40,136 nt of DNA, from contig RBZT01000098.1 in assembly GCA_003693705.1 (NCBI GenBank), positions 1-40,136 of the forward strand, written 5' to 3'. Shown here piece by piece: positions 11,616 through 25,429 of this stretch. The translations under genes and the position numbers were made by a program. Each line of letters begins with the position of its first letter. Position 1 is the first letter of the stretch. Below the pieces are notes generated by a model that saw only the letters and a list, made by a program, of their open reading frames with translations, did not search any database and was not told the origin of the DNA. The DNA comes from Polymyxa betae A26-41 (Eukaryota; Protista; Endomyxa: Phytomyxea).

Positions 11616-12704
11616 GGCTAGAGACAGTTCGAACGGTTCAGCGGACAATCCAAGTCCGGACTCCGTGACTTTGAATATGGCGTAGCAGAGTCGTATCGAA
11701 CCTTCCCAGAGCCAGACAACTTCTCATTGCCACAGCTGGGGCGGGAGCGACTCTAGGGCGTTTATTATTTTAGAATTCGGGATGGGTGGCGAAACTCGAC
11801 AACTGAAATCTGGTCCAGAAAAGTGCGTGTGAAATATTTGAAAGCGGCAATTCGGTGTTATTGCCGGTTTCAATTATTATGCCCTATGGATGTGGAGAGT
11901 AAAGTGATAACGCAATTATGGGCTCCCTGAGAGGCCATTTATTTCAAAAGAGGATTTTGTCATCTAATAAACCGGATTTCACTTAAATTTCGTTTGCGAA
12001 TCGTGTGAATAGTTTTTTATGGTCTTGCAGCTTCTTGATATAAAAACAAGGATTTCTTTTTAAAGGCCAATGAGCTGATAGTTGACTCGGAGCAGTATTG
12101 GCAACTGTTCCGGTCCTCTTGAATAGCTCCGTCCGTCTTCGTAAAGACCTTTTAGGAACCCCAATAATTAAAGACACATTGGGAGCACGAATAGGTGAGT
12201 ATAGAACGAGGCATCTCCATCGATAATCTTGCCTAAGCATGAAGAAAGTTGTGCAAAAAATCACAAAATTGCCTTCAAAATCACAAAGTAGGGAAACCCA
12301 GGAGCGCTACGGAGAGGGGAGCAAAATGGCACCCTTGGATGTGGCCGAAATTGCTCGATTTGCTTTAATTCGGCATACTCGAAGCTCTTAATCCAGCATA
12401 CTATCCGGATTTACAAAAACTCACAGTCAATTTACTTTTTTAAACAAGGGGCTTCCACGTTTTTTAATCCGGGCTTCCACGCAGTAATTCCCGCCACGGA
12501 CATTGCTTAACCGGGGAAGTTTATTATGGCGAGTGACAGAATTCCTGAAAACGGCAATAAATCAAACCAGGACTAAACTGCTGCGCCGCTCTGTGAAGTA
12601 CCAGACACGCACTTTTGTATTGATTTCGGAGTTTCAAATAGGAAGCTGCGCATCCTCGGGAACCGGATTTGATTCTTGTCGCGAGGCGTATTCCAAAGCT
12701 GACA

Positions 12705-13420
12705 ATGCCCCGGCCGTCCAAACAAAAGGCTCACTGTCGAAAGCTTGCTGCTGCCGCTGCTTCAAGAGCCAGGCAAAGAAAAGAGCCTCAATCCAGCATC
12801 ACAGCCAATGCTGAGGATGCGATTGAACTGAAGGATTCCTGCAGCGGGTCTTCTGAATCACTCCGCGACGAGACTTTACCTTTAATCAAAGACATCGAAA
12901 CGATCAACGCAGAATCTGCTCAACACATTATGGAGTCTGATCATGCTAAGCCACTTGGCCATATTCTTTCACGGAAGGATGGAGCCGGTTCATCATTACG
13001 TCCTGCCTACACAGGAGAGAGCCGTACGACCGCTTGGAGGAGGGAACACAACAAGCAACGTCGCCTTCAGTCTGTGAAAGATGTTCCAAAATCACCAAGT
13101 TCTTCTCTTCCAATCGCGAAGGAGTCTTATAAACCGCGTCGTTTCTATTGATATCGCTCTTCACAGCTTGTTCAGGAGTGTCTGATGAAGTTGCTGAAAA
13201 ACAGCGACATAATATTGGTACTACTTATTGGGATATATTCCGGAAACCGGCTGCTCGTCATTTCCTGCTGTCGCTGAAACAAGAACGGACAATAATTGCA
13301 TCCTCTGAGCAAATCGCCACTTTTAGTTTCCTGGACGCAACGCAGAAAACATTGTGGAAACTGACATGATATTGGACTCAGTATATTTCCTCAGTGGTGA
13401 AAATTTCCATAATGCATTTA
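12705..13420 (+). pseudogene. N-terminal remnant of a Tc1-like transposase, probably the same broad family as 1-290
   Basis: MPRPSKQK.. start, 'RPAYTGESRTTAWRRE' and 'ARHFLLSLKQ..IASSEQIA' segments, which I recall preceding DGHER-type transposases. Frameshifted. Confidence 0.45.
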
Positions 13421-13699
13421 GCCTAGTTGTTTCATGTCAAGACCTGATTTCTCGGACTTCGTAGTTCCGGGTGTTTCCGGATTTTGCTGTAATCTATTGA
13501 ATACATGACACTGTCGCAAAACGCTATATAAGTTAATCCGAGAATCAGCAGAGTAAAAGAAAGAGCGGCATGAAATAATCGAATGAATAAAGAAGATTGT
13601 GTCATTGGTAAATATTATAACCAATCGACTCGCGGTGACTAACAGGGAGCCAACGGATTTGAAGGTAATAAAAGGATGTATTCAATACGGTTTGACAAT

Positions 13700-15990
13700 A
13701 GAGAAAACCGATTCTAAAATGAATCGGTTGTAGACAGGGTTGGGAAAGGTATATTGGCCGACTCATCTGCCGACATGGCTACTCAGGTGCTGTCTTCCAT
13801 CGCCATTACGAACTGCTGCGGCCCTTGAACGCCGCTCGGCTGTAGCACGTAGTGGGCGCTGGGAAGTTAGTGAAACTTCGAAAATTTTCAGAAACTTTCT
13901 CGTTATAATATCAGTTCACTCATTTTCATGTGGTAAGCAATCTTTTTTTGCTGAGTGATTCCAGCAGATATGGGCAATAAGAATTATGCTTTTAGATTGA
14001 GATTCAAGGAGTACGTGCCAGTCGTACAGCCCGAAGATTGCGACCTAAATGTCAGCTATGTTCTCAGAATCGCTTTCAATTTCGGAGATTTTAGCAGCAG
14101 CAGCATTAGTGACTTTTTGGGGCATTTTATGAGGGGTGAAAATAATAGTTTTGCTGAAGGCGGGCGTTTTTGGAGATCAAACCTTATGTGATAGCACTCC
14201 TGTCGTGAAGGTCGCATCACCAGCGGCTGGCTTTTTTCGGATGGCGCGAAGCCTTGAGCCCTCCGATCTTGCGGCTTCACGGTTCATCTGCTTTCAGTAA
14301 CAATAGAACGTCGACAATTGTCAATTTGCACTCACAGATCATCCTCTGCGGCGCTGTTCTTTTTATCGCACCAGTATCATAAATGTTGGGGGCCAGCATT
14401 CACCAGTGTTGACTGGCCTAACGTCCCGTGCAGATTCTAGGAACCCTTCAAGGTCAAGTGGCTTTTAAGAAACCAGCGCTATTAAGAGAGCTTCGTGAAT
14501 AAGATTCTGAGGTATCGAATAATAGGAGAAGAAGAGCTTAGAAAGTCTTGCTTTGTTGGAGATGGATCGCCGTCTATTTCCAGCCTGCTTGTCGGTCGTA
14601 TTGGGCTCATTGGAGCACCATGATCTTGATATGAAGCGAATGCCTCCGTGACTAATCCATCTGGCTGTGATTTTGTTGGTTGATAAGTTGGAATTCCTTA
14701 GAAGAATCTGTCGATCTATATATATATTCTAGCAGGCGTACAGAATCATTCAAATTGCTGGATAGCGAAAGCTCTACGAATGACAGTTTCAATCTTTTTC
14801 CGATTTCCGCCCTTTGAAGCGTTACATGACCTCTATCAGTGCCTATCTGGAGATGAACCAGAATCTTAAGCATGACAGCTTGCTCGCGCATGATCGTTCT
14901 TTGCCTGACTAATCTCATTACATAAACACAACTTTTCTTTGGAATGAATCGTACCACACCACCCTGATAAGTGATAACATCACTCGATAATTTGAGTCGT
15001 TTGGTTGATCTTTACAGGATCGTTTGACTTCGTTCTCAACAATCGAATAGAATGTCTATTAAGTTATATGATATGTACGTATGAATGAGCCTATTCTGAA
15101 TCCATCAAAACTTCTCCAAATGTTCGAGCCAAGAATGATTGTAGCTTCAAAGGCTGAACCAAAATCAGGCACGAAGAATTGTATTGTTGGAAGCCTTCCC
15201 TTATGATATAGATCTGCTTACCAAATGGAGCATTGAATTGCTTTTGACCTTCGCTCTTATTAAGTGCAGATATACTGCTGGCTAAAAGCAGTCGGATTTT
15301 CATGCAACAAAAGGCTGGTTGAATACAGTGTGCTTGATGTGATCAGGAGAAGCGGAGATCTGTCATAGAATGAATTTGTTTTTGCAATACTTTCGTTTTT
15401 AGGTTTCCAGTACATCAAGTCTTGCAGATTTAGCAAGCTACCACATCCCGCTCATCGCGGAGTCCGATATACGGACTTTGCCCTATCACATTACTCCTAT
15501 GGGCAATGGCCCTAATACACCTGCTGTGCTCATCCCCATTTTTACTCATCTTTTACTGTACGGCCGTCCGGGCCGTTTCCTATCATGAGTACACTCACTT
15601 GAATTTTCTCTCTGATTGCGCTCCCCTCGATTTCGAAGTGCACATACTACCTGGACAATTCCCATCTGAGTTTTGTCGAAATAATCTTTCAAGGATCAGG
15701 CAGTTCATGCTGCGGTGACCACCTGAATTTATGGTCTACATTCAGAGCAAAGCATCAGAGCTGTCCCATCATCGTCGCATTCTCCACAAAATCTCCTGGC
15801 GTGATGACCTACAATTTCAAGGAGCTATCACAACTGCATCGATGGGTTGAGGTCACCCATACCAAATAGAATTCTGAGGTATGATTTGCTTCCGAATTCA
15901 TTGAAGCCCTGCGACCATGTTCTGTAACTGCCAGCGAAACTGGTGAGAGCTCATTGCACTGCCTATGAAGTGAAAGTCGCCGGTAAACCG
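13700..15990 (-). CDS. Probable multi-exon gene of unknown function; model not resolved, possibly degenerate
   Basis: Several GT..AG-bounded exon-like segments, e.g. AG|MNREAARSEGSRLRAIRKKPAAGDATFTTGVLSHK|GT (~14288-14184), plus minus-strand ORFs 14652-14957 and 15091-15303. Confidence 0.3.
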
Positions 15991-16191
15991 TAAACAATGA
16001 GTTTATAAATAGAGATTGTGGTTTGAAATGATACCAGATTGAACGAACCGCAGGAAGCACTCACAGCGACACAAAGATAAGAGAACGATAAAATGAGAGA
16101 TGCTAAAGATTAAGCCACATAACGCCGACATTTCGCAGCAATCGCATTCTAAATTGCCTATCGACTCAAAAGTCAACATATAATTAAGTGC

Positions 16192-18303
16192 TCAAGACTG
16201 GTCGTATGGTCGTTCAGGAATGCCGGAATGAACATGGATTTTGATTCCGTTCTTCAGTGTATACTGGAACTCTCGGGGCTCTATAATCAGATTATCCAAC
16301 GAGATTGGAAGCACCTGCGTCTCCATCAATAGTAACAGAGCCACGGATAACGTCAGGACGCCGAACACGCCCAACAAAATTCCAATTTCCGTACTCCACT
16401 GATAATCGAGGGCCTCGGGGCCGGGAAACCCATTAAGATCCGACCTGATCAACGTCGCCGTCAACGGCTGTCCATCAACAGACGATACAGACACCAAACG
16501 AGGATCACAATTTGGATGCGCAAAGTGGCGGCGCACGATCATCTCCGGAGCCGGATAGTTGACGGGGGCGGCATGACGACCATCAGAAGGCGGCTCGGGT
16601 GGTACGACCTCCGAAAAGATAGGCGGTTCCGAATTCGGGTTTGCATCCGCGTCGTTGGACTGCAGGTCCGGTACTGGACCATCATCATCAACGGGATCAA
16701 TTTGGTGGTTGTTTTCGGATTGTGGAAGTACTGGACCAGCGTCAGCGGGATCGACATGGTGCTTGTCCTCGGATTGCGCGAATCGAGGCCCATCATCATC
16801 GACATCGGTATGGCGGTTTTCTTCCGATTGAGTAGGTACTGGCCCATCACTGCCGGGATCGATATGGTTGTCTTGAAATCGCGTATGGTGAACCTCGGGT
16901 GCGGAATTTTCCAAGAGTAGATCGACCTTGTTGTCCGTAAAATACGGCGGAGGCAGATGATGGTGATCTGCGGCGGGTGGCTCCGCATCCTGCGATTCTG
17001 TGTATAGCTGTTCGAGACCGTAATCGAAGTCAGACTCCGAGAAGCTGACCTCGGACGAGAACGACAAGAACATGTCGAGTTCATCATGATCGACAGGGAC
17101 GTGCTGGACCACGGACTCCAACAGGTCGTCAAGACTGATGTCCAATGAACCCGATGACGATAGCGAGTGGTATTCTTCAGATTTGTCGTCAGGATCCGAA
17201 CAGGGTTCTGTCGTGAACTTCTTCGAGGATCCCGAAACGTTGTCATCTAATAGGGTGCTCGTTTCCGGAAGGACCTCGAGCCTGCCTGGGTCAAAAGAGG
17301 TAGATGGAGGCGGTATTGCGGGGGTGGGGTTAGTGACAACATTATGCGACGAGAAGCTGATCTGGATAGGCGGACGCGGCGGACGCAGAGATGTCGAAAT
17401 TGGGATCTCGCTCGGACCGATAATGCCCAATTTACGTGAAGACATGCCGAAGTCCAGAGCTGTACTTGGCATATGCAGCTGCGGCGTTGTTCCGGATCCG
17501 GGAGGTAACCAGCTTGATTCAGTTTCTGAGAGACGTCAATCAATACCTTAGAATAGAACGTGGAACGCAAAAACAACATAAGCAATGATTAAGACAACAA
17601 GAGAACCATAATATATAAAATTTCGAAAAAAGGAATATCGGAAGAAACTTACTGATGAGGCCACGCGCTGACATGTATGAATTCAGTAAGCGGGGTGTGA
17701 TGAATTCCTTCTCATGAGGAAGTCGCCATGCATTCGGGTCCGGAATGTTCCGGTGCGGATAATCGCTGTAGTAATAGTGCAGGATATCGGCGAGGCGGTC
17801 CCAGTACTCAAGCGAATACTCGGCCATTATCCATGTAACGCGTGAATTCAATTCCGCCTGTAGCTTGGCATTGCTGAGACGTAACAGTCGAGCTTGCTCT
17901 ACAGAGTGCATGAAGTGTTTGCCCGGAAGCGGCGTCTGTAGGACCCTGAGCAGCTCACCATAGTATGGCTGAGATTTATGGATGCTAAGACCTAGAAACG
18001 GTTACCCTCTTTTTGAAATCGAAAGCACTAAAAGCTCTTAAAAATGCCGTAAAATTTGACAAAAACTTCCCAGATATCAAAGCAAAAAGGGAGAAAAATC
18101 AAGAACCTTTCTGAGCATAAGTTTCAATGCTTTGGGGATCCCTACAGCAGCATCCCGTCACCGAGAATTATTGCGATCAATGGACATAGCGCCTACGGAT
18201 TCGTGGCGGTAGTGCCAACCGTATCGGTACCGATAACGGACGCCAGCAGCAGTCCGATGAACAGCAGTGCGACGTCTAACCCAAACGCTCGTGCCGAAGC
18301 CAT
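16192..18303 (-). CDS. Signal-peptide, single-pass membrane protein with an acidic/Pro-rich repeat region (4 exons, ~600 aa)
   Basis: Exons 18303-18197, 18141-18107, 17991-17653 and 17525-16192 splice in frame. N-terminal MASARAFGLDVALLFIGLLLASVIG signal peptide, ~19-aa H.DP...GPV..QSE repeats, and a C-terminal TM helix IGILLGVFGVLTLSVALLLL. Confidence 0.7.
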
Positions 18304-20099
18304 CCGGGTCGGACGAGACCTCCGAGGTCGGGAGGTTGGTGTCCACCCGATTCGACACGACTAAATGGGAGAGTGAAATGACCCCTCATACAGAGCCGCC
18401 CTGCTGCCATACGCAGTAAATTGACTCTTCTCTCACTCACGCAGAGTCTGATTAGGGTTTCCATCTAATCTTGATGGGTTGCTCTGCCAACGTTACCCTG
18501 TTCAGCGGTCTATTAAAGAGCAGCTCGAGCAGAGGGCCGCCTCCCAGCTTGGAGCCAAGAAGTGGACCCTTTGGAAACTATCAATCCTGCCTTTGGGAGA
18601 ATCGCTGTCACTGATTTTCCTGCCGGAATGTATCCTGTTGATTAAGAAATCAATGAAGCTTCGCAAAGGTGCGCCGGTCGACGTCGTCTCCATGCTCGAT
18701 GGTTCCTGCTTCACATTCATTCAGACCTACATGACCTGTCGTTTCCATCTCCGAAATACAGGTTCGCCGACTGCTGGTTGGCTGATGGTGCCATAACTGT
18801 CGAAGGAATTCCTTTCACAGATTTCTTTTTTGATCTCGGGAGGGGTGTAGAGAAATTTCAGGGACAAGAGAGAAGATCGCATTATACAAAAGCGTTGGAA
18901 AAAAGACTTGAATGTCAAAGCCAGATTGCGGCATTATCGAGGAAACACCATCATCGATTTACTCCGACCCATTCTACTAATCGAAGGGAATACTTCTTCA
19001 GTCGCATCGACTTAGCGATCACAAAATCAGCCTTTTGTGATATGACCACGCTCAGTTTTGAGATAATCTATTTAGGATAGGAAGCACTCATCGGCCAAGG
19101 ACGATGGCTCAAGCGCTTTGAGCAATCCGTTTGGAGCCATTTGAATGTTCCAATTATGCAGAATCCAATATGTGATTGCCAGTTTGAAACAATGGCTGAA
19201 TCTGTGGTGTTTAGAGTCGCAGACGAATGATAAGTTTTTTCATATCCATGCCATCCAGATGAAGGCGATTTATAAAATGCAGAGCCTGAAGAGTAAAAAC
19301 TCAAACCTTCAACGGAATGCCGTTTGTCATTTTGGTCCTCTAATTGCGAAGGTTGAGAGACCTTTTGCTTCAACAAGATTGTCGGGAGCTATATTCTTGT
19401 GACATCGCCGGATAGCAATGCAATATACTGTATTTAATTAACCGAAAATACCCTCTCTAGAATTCGCAAAAAGATAATTTTAAATTATTGCTCTTTCGCA
19501 GGCTATCATTAACTTTTGTAGATCTGACACCATCAACCAATTCGAAGCTGAGAACGTTTAAATCCATATTTTCTAATCCATCATTGCAAAGTCCGATCAG
19601 ATATATCAGTCTAATAGTGCAGCCTAAGGCCATGGGCAATCTGCTTGCTGCTATCGCGTGACCGCTCTGACCTGCCCTTGGATAAAGCCTAGTAACTGAT
19701 GCGGCTCACGGACCCGGAACTGCCCAGGTCAAGCTCGCGACAGCCCTTTCCAAAAACCAGCGAGGCAAGCTAATGCGTTTCGCAGCACTGCGGGCTCCGA
19801 GCTACCTTCCAGCTACGGGGAATTTTGTGCGGCGGTCATTGCAGTTGATGAGCCCAAGGTCAGGACGCAGCCCACCACGTGGCATTTCGAGAAAGTTGCA
19901 GCTACCAAAACCTTAATGAGAAGGTGGACGGTTCTACCTATTAAAGTTGAGCGAAACCATTATCAGACTTTGTACTGAATATGATAGCTGGGTTAGGGAG
20001 AAGCCTAAAGAGGGATAGGGTAATGGGGTCCGGGGTCCCGGCTGTTAGATAGGACGGGTGTCTATCCTACATCTTCGGGGCTCCAAGAGATCCTACCAA

Positions 20100-20710
20100 A
20101 AGAGCAGAATCAATTATTGTTCTATACTGGGTGAAATACTGCCCGCTCTGGAAATGAGGTACGAACACCTGAGTTCGTTCATGTGAAAGATCCGACAAGG
20201 ACATCCGGAGTGGTTTTTTATCACCTTTGATGGTCGGAAAATCGGCTTTCACTCTAGCAAGTGTTCTGAAATACTGTAGCTATGCCTCAACAGAACATTT
20301 GTAGGGTTTGAACTCGCCCAGTGAACATCTTTCAGCGAAGCAAGCGTCTACAGCAGCTTTAGTATGTCGCTCGTCGTGGTATCCATCACGTAATGTACAG
20401 GAATCGTCCCCAATCCATTGGATATCAGCATCAGAAATTCCGTTACGATTCAGGCGCGCTTTCATTCGAAGAATGATCGAACCGATTTCAGATCCCCTGA
20501 ACTTGACAAGCTCTTATGGCGTGACAGGAGGGGTCTTGTTCTGCGATGCTTCATTGATGGCATCCCGTTCTGCAGCCACATTGGGAATACCATCCACCAA
20601 TTAAACAAAAAGCTGGGAGACTAACTTAGCAATGTTGTCTTGTTCTGAAACTGGAATCTGACGCATAGCTTTCATCACGTGCGAGCCTAGATCATAGATA
20701 AAATCACTGA
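20100..20710 (-). pseudogene. hAT-like transposase C-terminal remnant
   Basis: AERDAINEAS..PPVTP*ELVKFRG..RL.. and ..ARVKADFPTIKGDKKPLRMSLSDLS resemble the protist hAT C-terminus (T.TVE.DFS.IK.EK..R.SL.D.SLE). In-frame stops are present. Confidence 0.6.
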
Positions 20711-21099
20711 AAACAAAAACCTTTTTCTCCAAAAATGGAAATTAATTTAAAACACGAACTTTTTTTATAAGAAATCGCATTTTGACCACCCTTATTTAGG
20801 GCTCGCTGCGAGATTTATTTAGTGATATTTAAGTACCATCCCCATACAAGGGCCCTATTTAAAGAGGGCTGAGTGCGTACCGTAACTCTCTCTCTCTGTC
20901 ATCCCCAGGAGCGTCGTCAGCGGGGCCCAGCCACTCGCTGACCTATCTTCACCGGCCAATGATCGCTGGCCGGAACCCCACCAATGTACTGAAAACTGAA
21001 AGCAGTATGTTGCGAACTCTGGACATGGATTGTGAACTCTATTCGTAAAAGTTCGCACAGTTGTATAGAGAGTTTTCAAGAATGAATAGAAAACTGTGT

Positions 21100-24000
21100 A
21101 TTAGTTAAGTTACAAGTGCCTACAAAAGTTTGGCCAGCTTGTAAACTGGGCTGGTGTACCGAACATACGCAGTCTGATATTTCTGGAGAATATCGGACGC
21201 TTCCTGTCTTGTGGCAGGTTTCAGGAATCAGGAACCGCATCAGATTCTAAGACGCGAGCCAGATCATCTCCTACTGCGACCAACCATGATTTCCGGTTGT
21301 CAGGATCGACCGTGGCAGCCAGATTCGTCCATTCGGGTGCCACACCCGGGTTCTCACAAATGAAGAACCGACAGAGAACATCGAGCTCTGAAGTATGGAC
21401 TTCAGGGCTGCCGATGCGCTGCAGATAATTTTGTAGGTCTTCCGGCCTACATTCGCCAAAATTGGCGAAATGACTGCCATCTTCAATCTCCTGATGCTTT
21501 GAAGAAGGATTTCCACGTCCCTGTGATCATTGCTCAAAAACTCAGCGGTTTCATTTTCAATAATGCGATTACTCTGGAGAAAGCGCTTTTGCGTGCGCAT
21601 GAGAGCACTTGCGCAGTTTTACAAACCTACCCCCTCATCATCACTCTCAGCTTGGGCAGTATGGTCTGTCCGCTCCGATTTGGATTCCGTAATAGAATCT
21701 GTTGCAAAATTCATATTCTAATTCAAATATACAAAGTTCCATACCTTTTTCGTTGAACTGGGCCCATTGGAAGGAGCACGATCGATTCGGCGGTGTTATG
21801 TGCGTTACTTTTCGCCAAAACGTTTCTCAAGTGCAGTTGCGACTCTGGAAATCGCAATTCTTGTTACACACACTCCTTCAACACGGCCAGTTCATCAAAC
21901 GTCCAGGCGTCGAACGGCATATCTCTGAACACAGAATCTAGAGTCAGAAATCGCCATCAAAAAAGAATAGAGAATTCTACTCGGATTTCTGCAGGAAACC
22001 ATTAGACTTTAAACCTGTGTCGGCTTGAAGATGTCCGTTATCGTCAACAGATTGGGGCTGATAGATTTCACCGGCTGGAGATTTTATCAACTGACTCTTT
22101 AAATTGGCAAATTAATCCTTCCAATTTTTTTTCCTGAAGACAAACGTAAAACTTACTCTGTAACGGTGACTTTTTGCGCTTTTTCCGATACACATTCATC
22201 ATGAAGTCTCTTAGAACGTGTAGTATTTCTGGATTTTCAATTATGAATTATGATGAGCAAAGAAAATTATGAAGACTGATACCGTGTATGACGGAATGGA
22301 CTCCCTTCCTAGTTTGTTAGTTAGCCCGGCCCATCAAATTAATTCATTGTTCATGGTAAACAGACCCTGTGGAATCTGGTTCACAATCATGATCGGTAAC
22401 GATCCATTTAGTGCCCTGAGCCATAGTGAGCACTGTCCAAAGTGATTGACCGGAAGATTTGCGCTTGAAAACCTTGGCGATTATGGATATGGGCAGAAAC
22501 ACCCATTATACAGGTGATCGAGCGGTGCAAATCATCTCATAATTCATCAGACCCGGCTGCGGATCTTTGATCAGCTGGGCGACGGTACAACCCTGGAACC
22601 TCGGACTCGGGCTCCACACCGTTGTATATTCACCTGCGATTCCGCTGCCCACTTTTGGATTGCAGTTGGCACCGAGTTCTGGAGAATTGAGAGAGCGGCG
22701 GCTTTTTGTGCCTCCTCTGCTGCTCTCCTTTGTTCTGCCAGCTGCATGATACTCGGCGCTGGTAAAAAAGCTTGATCATGTTGAATGCAATCATCGCTCT
22801 CGATAATTACATCATTATCATGGTCTATACAAAAATCAGTGAAAGGTATAAGAGCCCGAATAGAAAGAGAAAACCCACAAATTAAAATCTCAAATAGGAT
22901 AAAATCACATATCAGATTCAGATCCGAAATCTTAAAAACTAATGCCGACCTGTGTTAGGCATCGACCTGTATAACAGGATGAAGCCTAACACATGATGCT
23001 CCCCGTTCTCGCTTGGTGCTACTCAAATCAGCGTCAGCAGAGACCGATCCCCCTCGACTCCGACCGCTCTCAGACATACTTTCACTGTCGCAGTCGCTCC
23101 GTGTCGCTCCTATCGTAGGTACATAGTCGTAGATAGCTGGTAAGAAGCAGATCTAGAATGAAAGGTTTAGCATTGAGTCATATCAATTAGTTAGATAGCG
23201 CCATGATGGCGCGTGCCTCCGGCGAGGACGGCCGGCCCTGTTGATTCCCAACACCCGTACAGTCCTGCTTCGGGCTGAAGAGATGCAGAACGCAGGATTT
23301 TCGCGATCTCCGGAACATACTGGACATTGCTGCCCTCCGCCACGTGCCACCCCTTCGATGTGAGAACATACGTACGTCACATAGCGAGCCCCAATTTGGG
23401 GCTCACAAACGCAGCAAATGAAAGCACATAGCTGGTACGGGCCCGAACTCGTCGGTAGTGGAGCTTCAAGATCTATTTGCAAACAGAGCTGAGACATAGC
23501 CCGGAGAATTATGGATTCACTTCCTGCTCACTGTCCTCGTTAGATGACGAAGTATCTGATCTCTAAAAAAAAATTATATTAAAATGAAATAAGGCTGTGC
23601 GTAATTGCTTACCCCAGAACGGCTACAGAGTTCCCAGCCCTAATTTGCTATCAGATACAAAAAAAACGATTTTGTACCAAGTCTGCCTACCTGATCTGTC
23701 TCCTGGGGGCATGATGCATCCTATAGGCTCGTAACCTGATCATGAAATTGTCAACGTTGCAGCCGTTTCCAAGGTAGTATCCACAGTACCTCAGCCTGAG
23801 GAAACAGCTGGGACAGCTGTAGATTGAGTTCTTCCTCAACTGGCTTTAACTTAAGGAAGAAAGTTTTCAAACTGACAGCGTTTGCCCAAACAGCAACGCG
23901 ATCGTGCTCTTGGGCCGTCAACGCCCACTGGGTTCTTTCCCGCAATATATTGTTCTCAGTGCAGCGAAAAATGAGAAAACATAGCCATTTTGCCCAGTGT

Positions 24001-24264
24001 CGTAGAAGAATCAAAGCCAATAGGGCCGAGCTTCTCGCCATCGAGCGCTTGTAGGACCAACTCCAAGCGCTGTTTCGACTGAGCTGTGTCATTTGGATGA
24101 TAGCTAGCCCACTCGAAGAGCAGACAACTATTCATACGGTCGTCGTGGATCGCATGACATAGGCCAACCATTGTTTCAACTGGCATAGACTCGGCCCAAG
24201 GCGTCTTGAGGGCTGTGAGACAGCCCTCCATCAGTTGTTCCAGTTTAGATCGTAGAGAGCTCAT
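21100..24264 (-). pseudogene. Degenerate multi-exon gene with a Cys-rich (zinc-finger-like) segment
   Basis: Chain of broken minus-strand ORFs (23956-24264, 23751-24092, 23183-23497 with CCVC..CSH..CPVC..C, and 21271-21600) with stops and frameshifts. No family recognised. Confidence 0.3.
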
Positions 24265-24312
24265 TAGGAAATGACAGTGAAATCCCCGGAACTAGCTCGA
24301 TTTGTCGATCGA

Positions 24313-24426
24313 TCTAGGGTTCCGATCGATACCGATACTACCCGACTACCGGCGCTCCGGTAGTCTCCCGGTCGGATACCGGTAGATGGGTGGTACCCGA
24401 CCCGACTACCGACACTACCGGCCTAG
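24313..24426. repeat. Short element built of CCGAC/CTACC/TACCG motifs in both orientations (MITE- or TE-end-like)
   Basis: CCCGACTACCG occurs twice, with several TACCG/CGGTA units, bounded by CTAGG...CCTAG. Confidence 0.45.
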
Positions 24427-25429
24427 GAATAGTGAGTGCTGGAAAATCTGCGTGGCGGACTTTCTTTGAAATCCTTTTGTATTCTTGTTTCATACACGGA
24501 AGCGGAGGGCTGACGCTCCACTGTGCCCCGTAAATGCACCTTTCCTTTGCGCCAATCTAAGGATTGAAGTTTTCGATCCTGTCGTGAATGATTACGAGCC
24601 CATAGCTTTGAGTGAGAGCTTCGGCAGTAGCCTTGTGTCCAAAAACATTATCGGTCCAACATCCTTGGAATATCATAGCTGAGAGAAAGAAATTGCAGCT
24701 CTGAAATAATCATATTTTACAGAGAGAAGACAAAGTCGATATCATCGAAGCGAGACACAGTGTAGGCAGACTCAATGGTATGATAGAGCCGGAAAGCAGC
24801 AGATTTCACCTGACGATCCTCCTGTGGAATGCATCCATAATAAATTCGGAAAAGCCGGCACAACTGCAGCTTTTAACATTAAATGCACTATAGATATCCT
24901 TTGCATATCAGAATTATGATCACATAGACAGATTAATGGATTTCCCAACAATTTACAGAATGATAAGAACTGATAGGGTAGGCACCCTCCTCAATCCAAC
25001 CGGGACTCGAACACTCATCTACTACTTCCTTACTAAAGTGATCAGCTTTCTACCTAATACAATATGATTTATTAGCTGGAAGATGACAGTTACCCAATTG
25101 GCTCGTTTTTGTTAAAGCTCTACCAGAGACTCATGGAGCCGCACCCTAAAGACCTGCGTTTACCATGTGAGAAGGCGATGTCTGAGCGCCATCAGCTCCG
25201 GTCGGATTGTTGAACATTATAGTGCTCGTTATTACGGCTGGATTGTTGGCCTCTATCTAAGATGCGTCGTCAGGGACTGAACAGTTGTCCTGTCAGGATT
25301 GGACCATTTGACCAGATTTAGACCAAAGCAGTTGGACTTCGGCGGCACGGAGTTTTCGACCATCTGGAGATCGTTGGCCGATTTCAGGTCCTATTCGATT
25401 GTCTTTATCCATACAGAACCCTGGTCACA

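Noticed and set aside
11983-12264. Minus-strand ORF with SAHWPL resembling an AP-endonuclease SDH motif
   Set aside because: Single weak motif with no other APE or RT signatures.
16516-17551. Plus-strand ORFs 16516-16920 and 17138-17551, and similar antisense ORFs over other GC-rich exons
   Set aside because: Antisense or alternate-frame shadows of real GC-rich coding sequence.
18480-20050. Broken plus-strand ORFs and a GC-rich stretch as a gene or structured ncRNA (e.g. telomerase RNA, ribozyme)
   Set aside because: No recognisable protein motif, template sequence or ribozyme core could be supported by eye.
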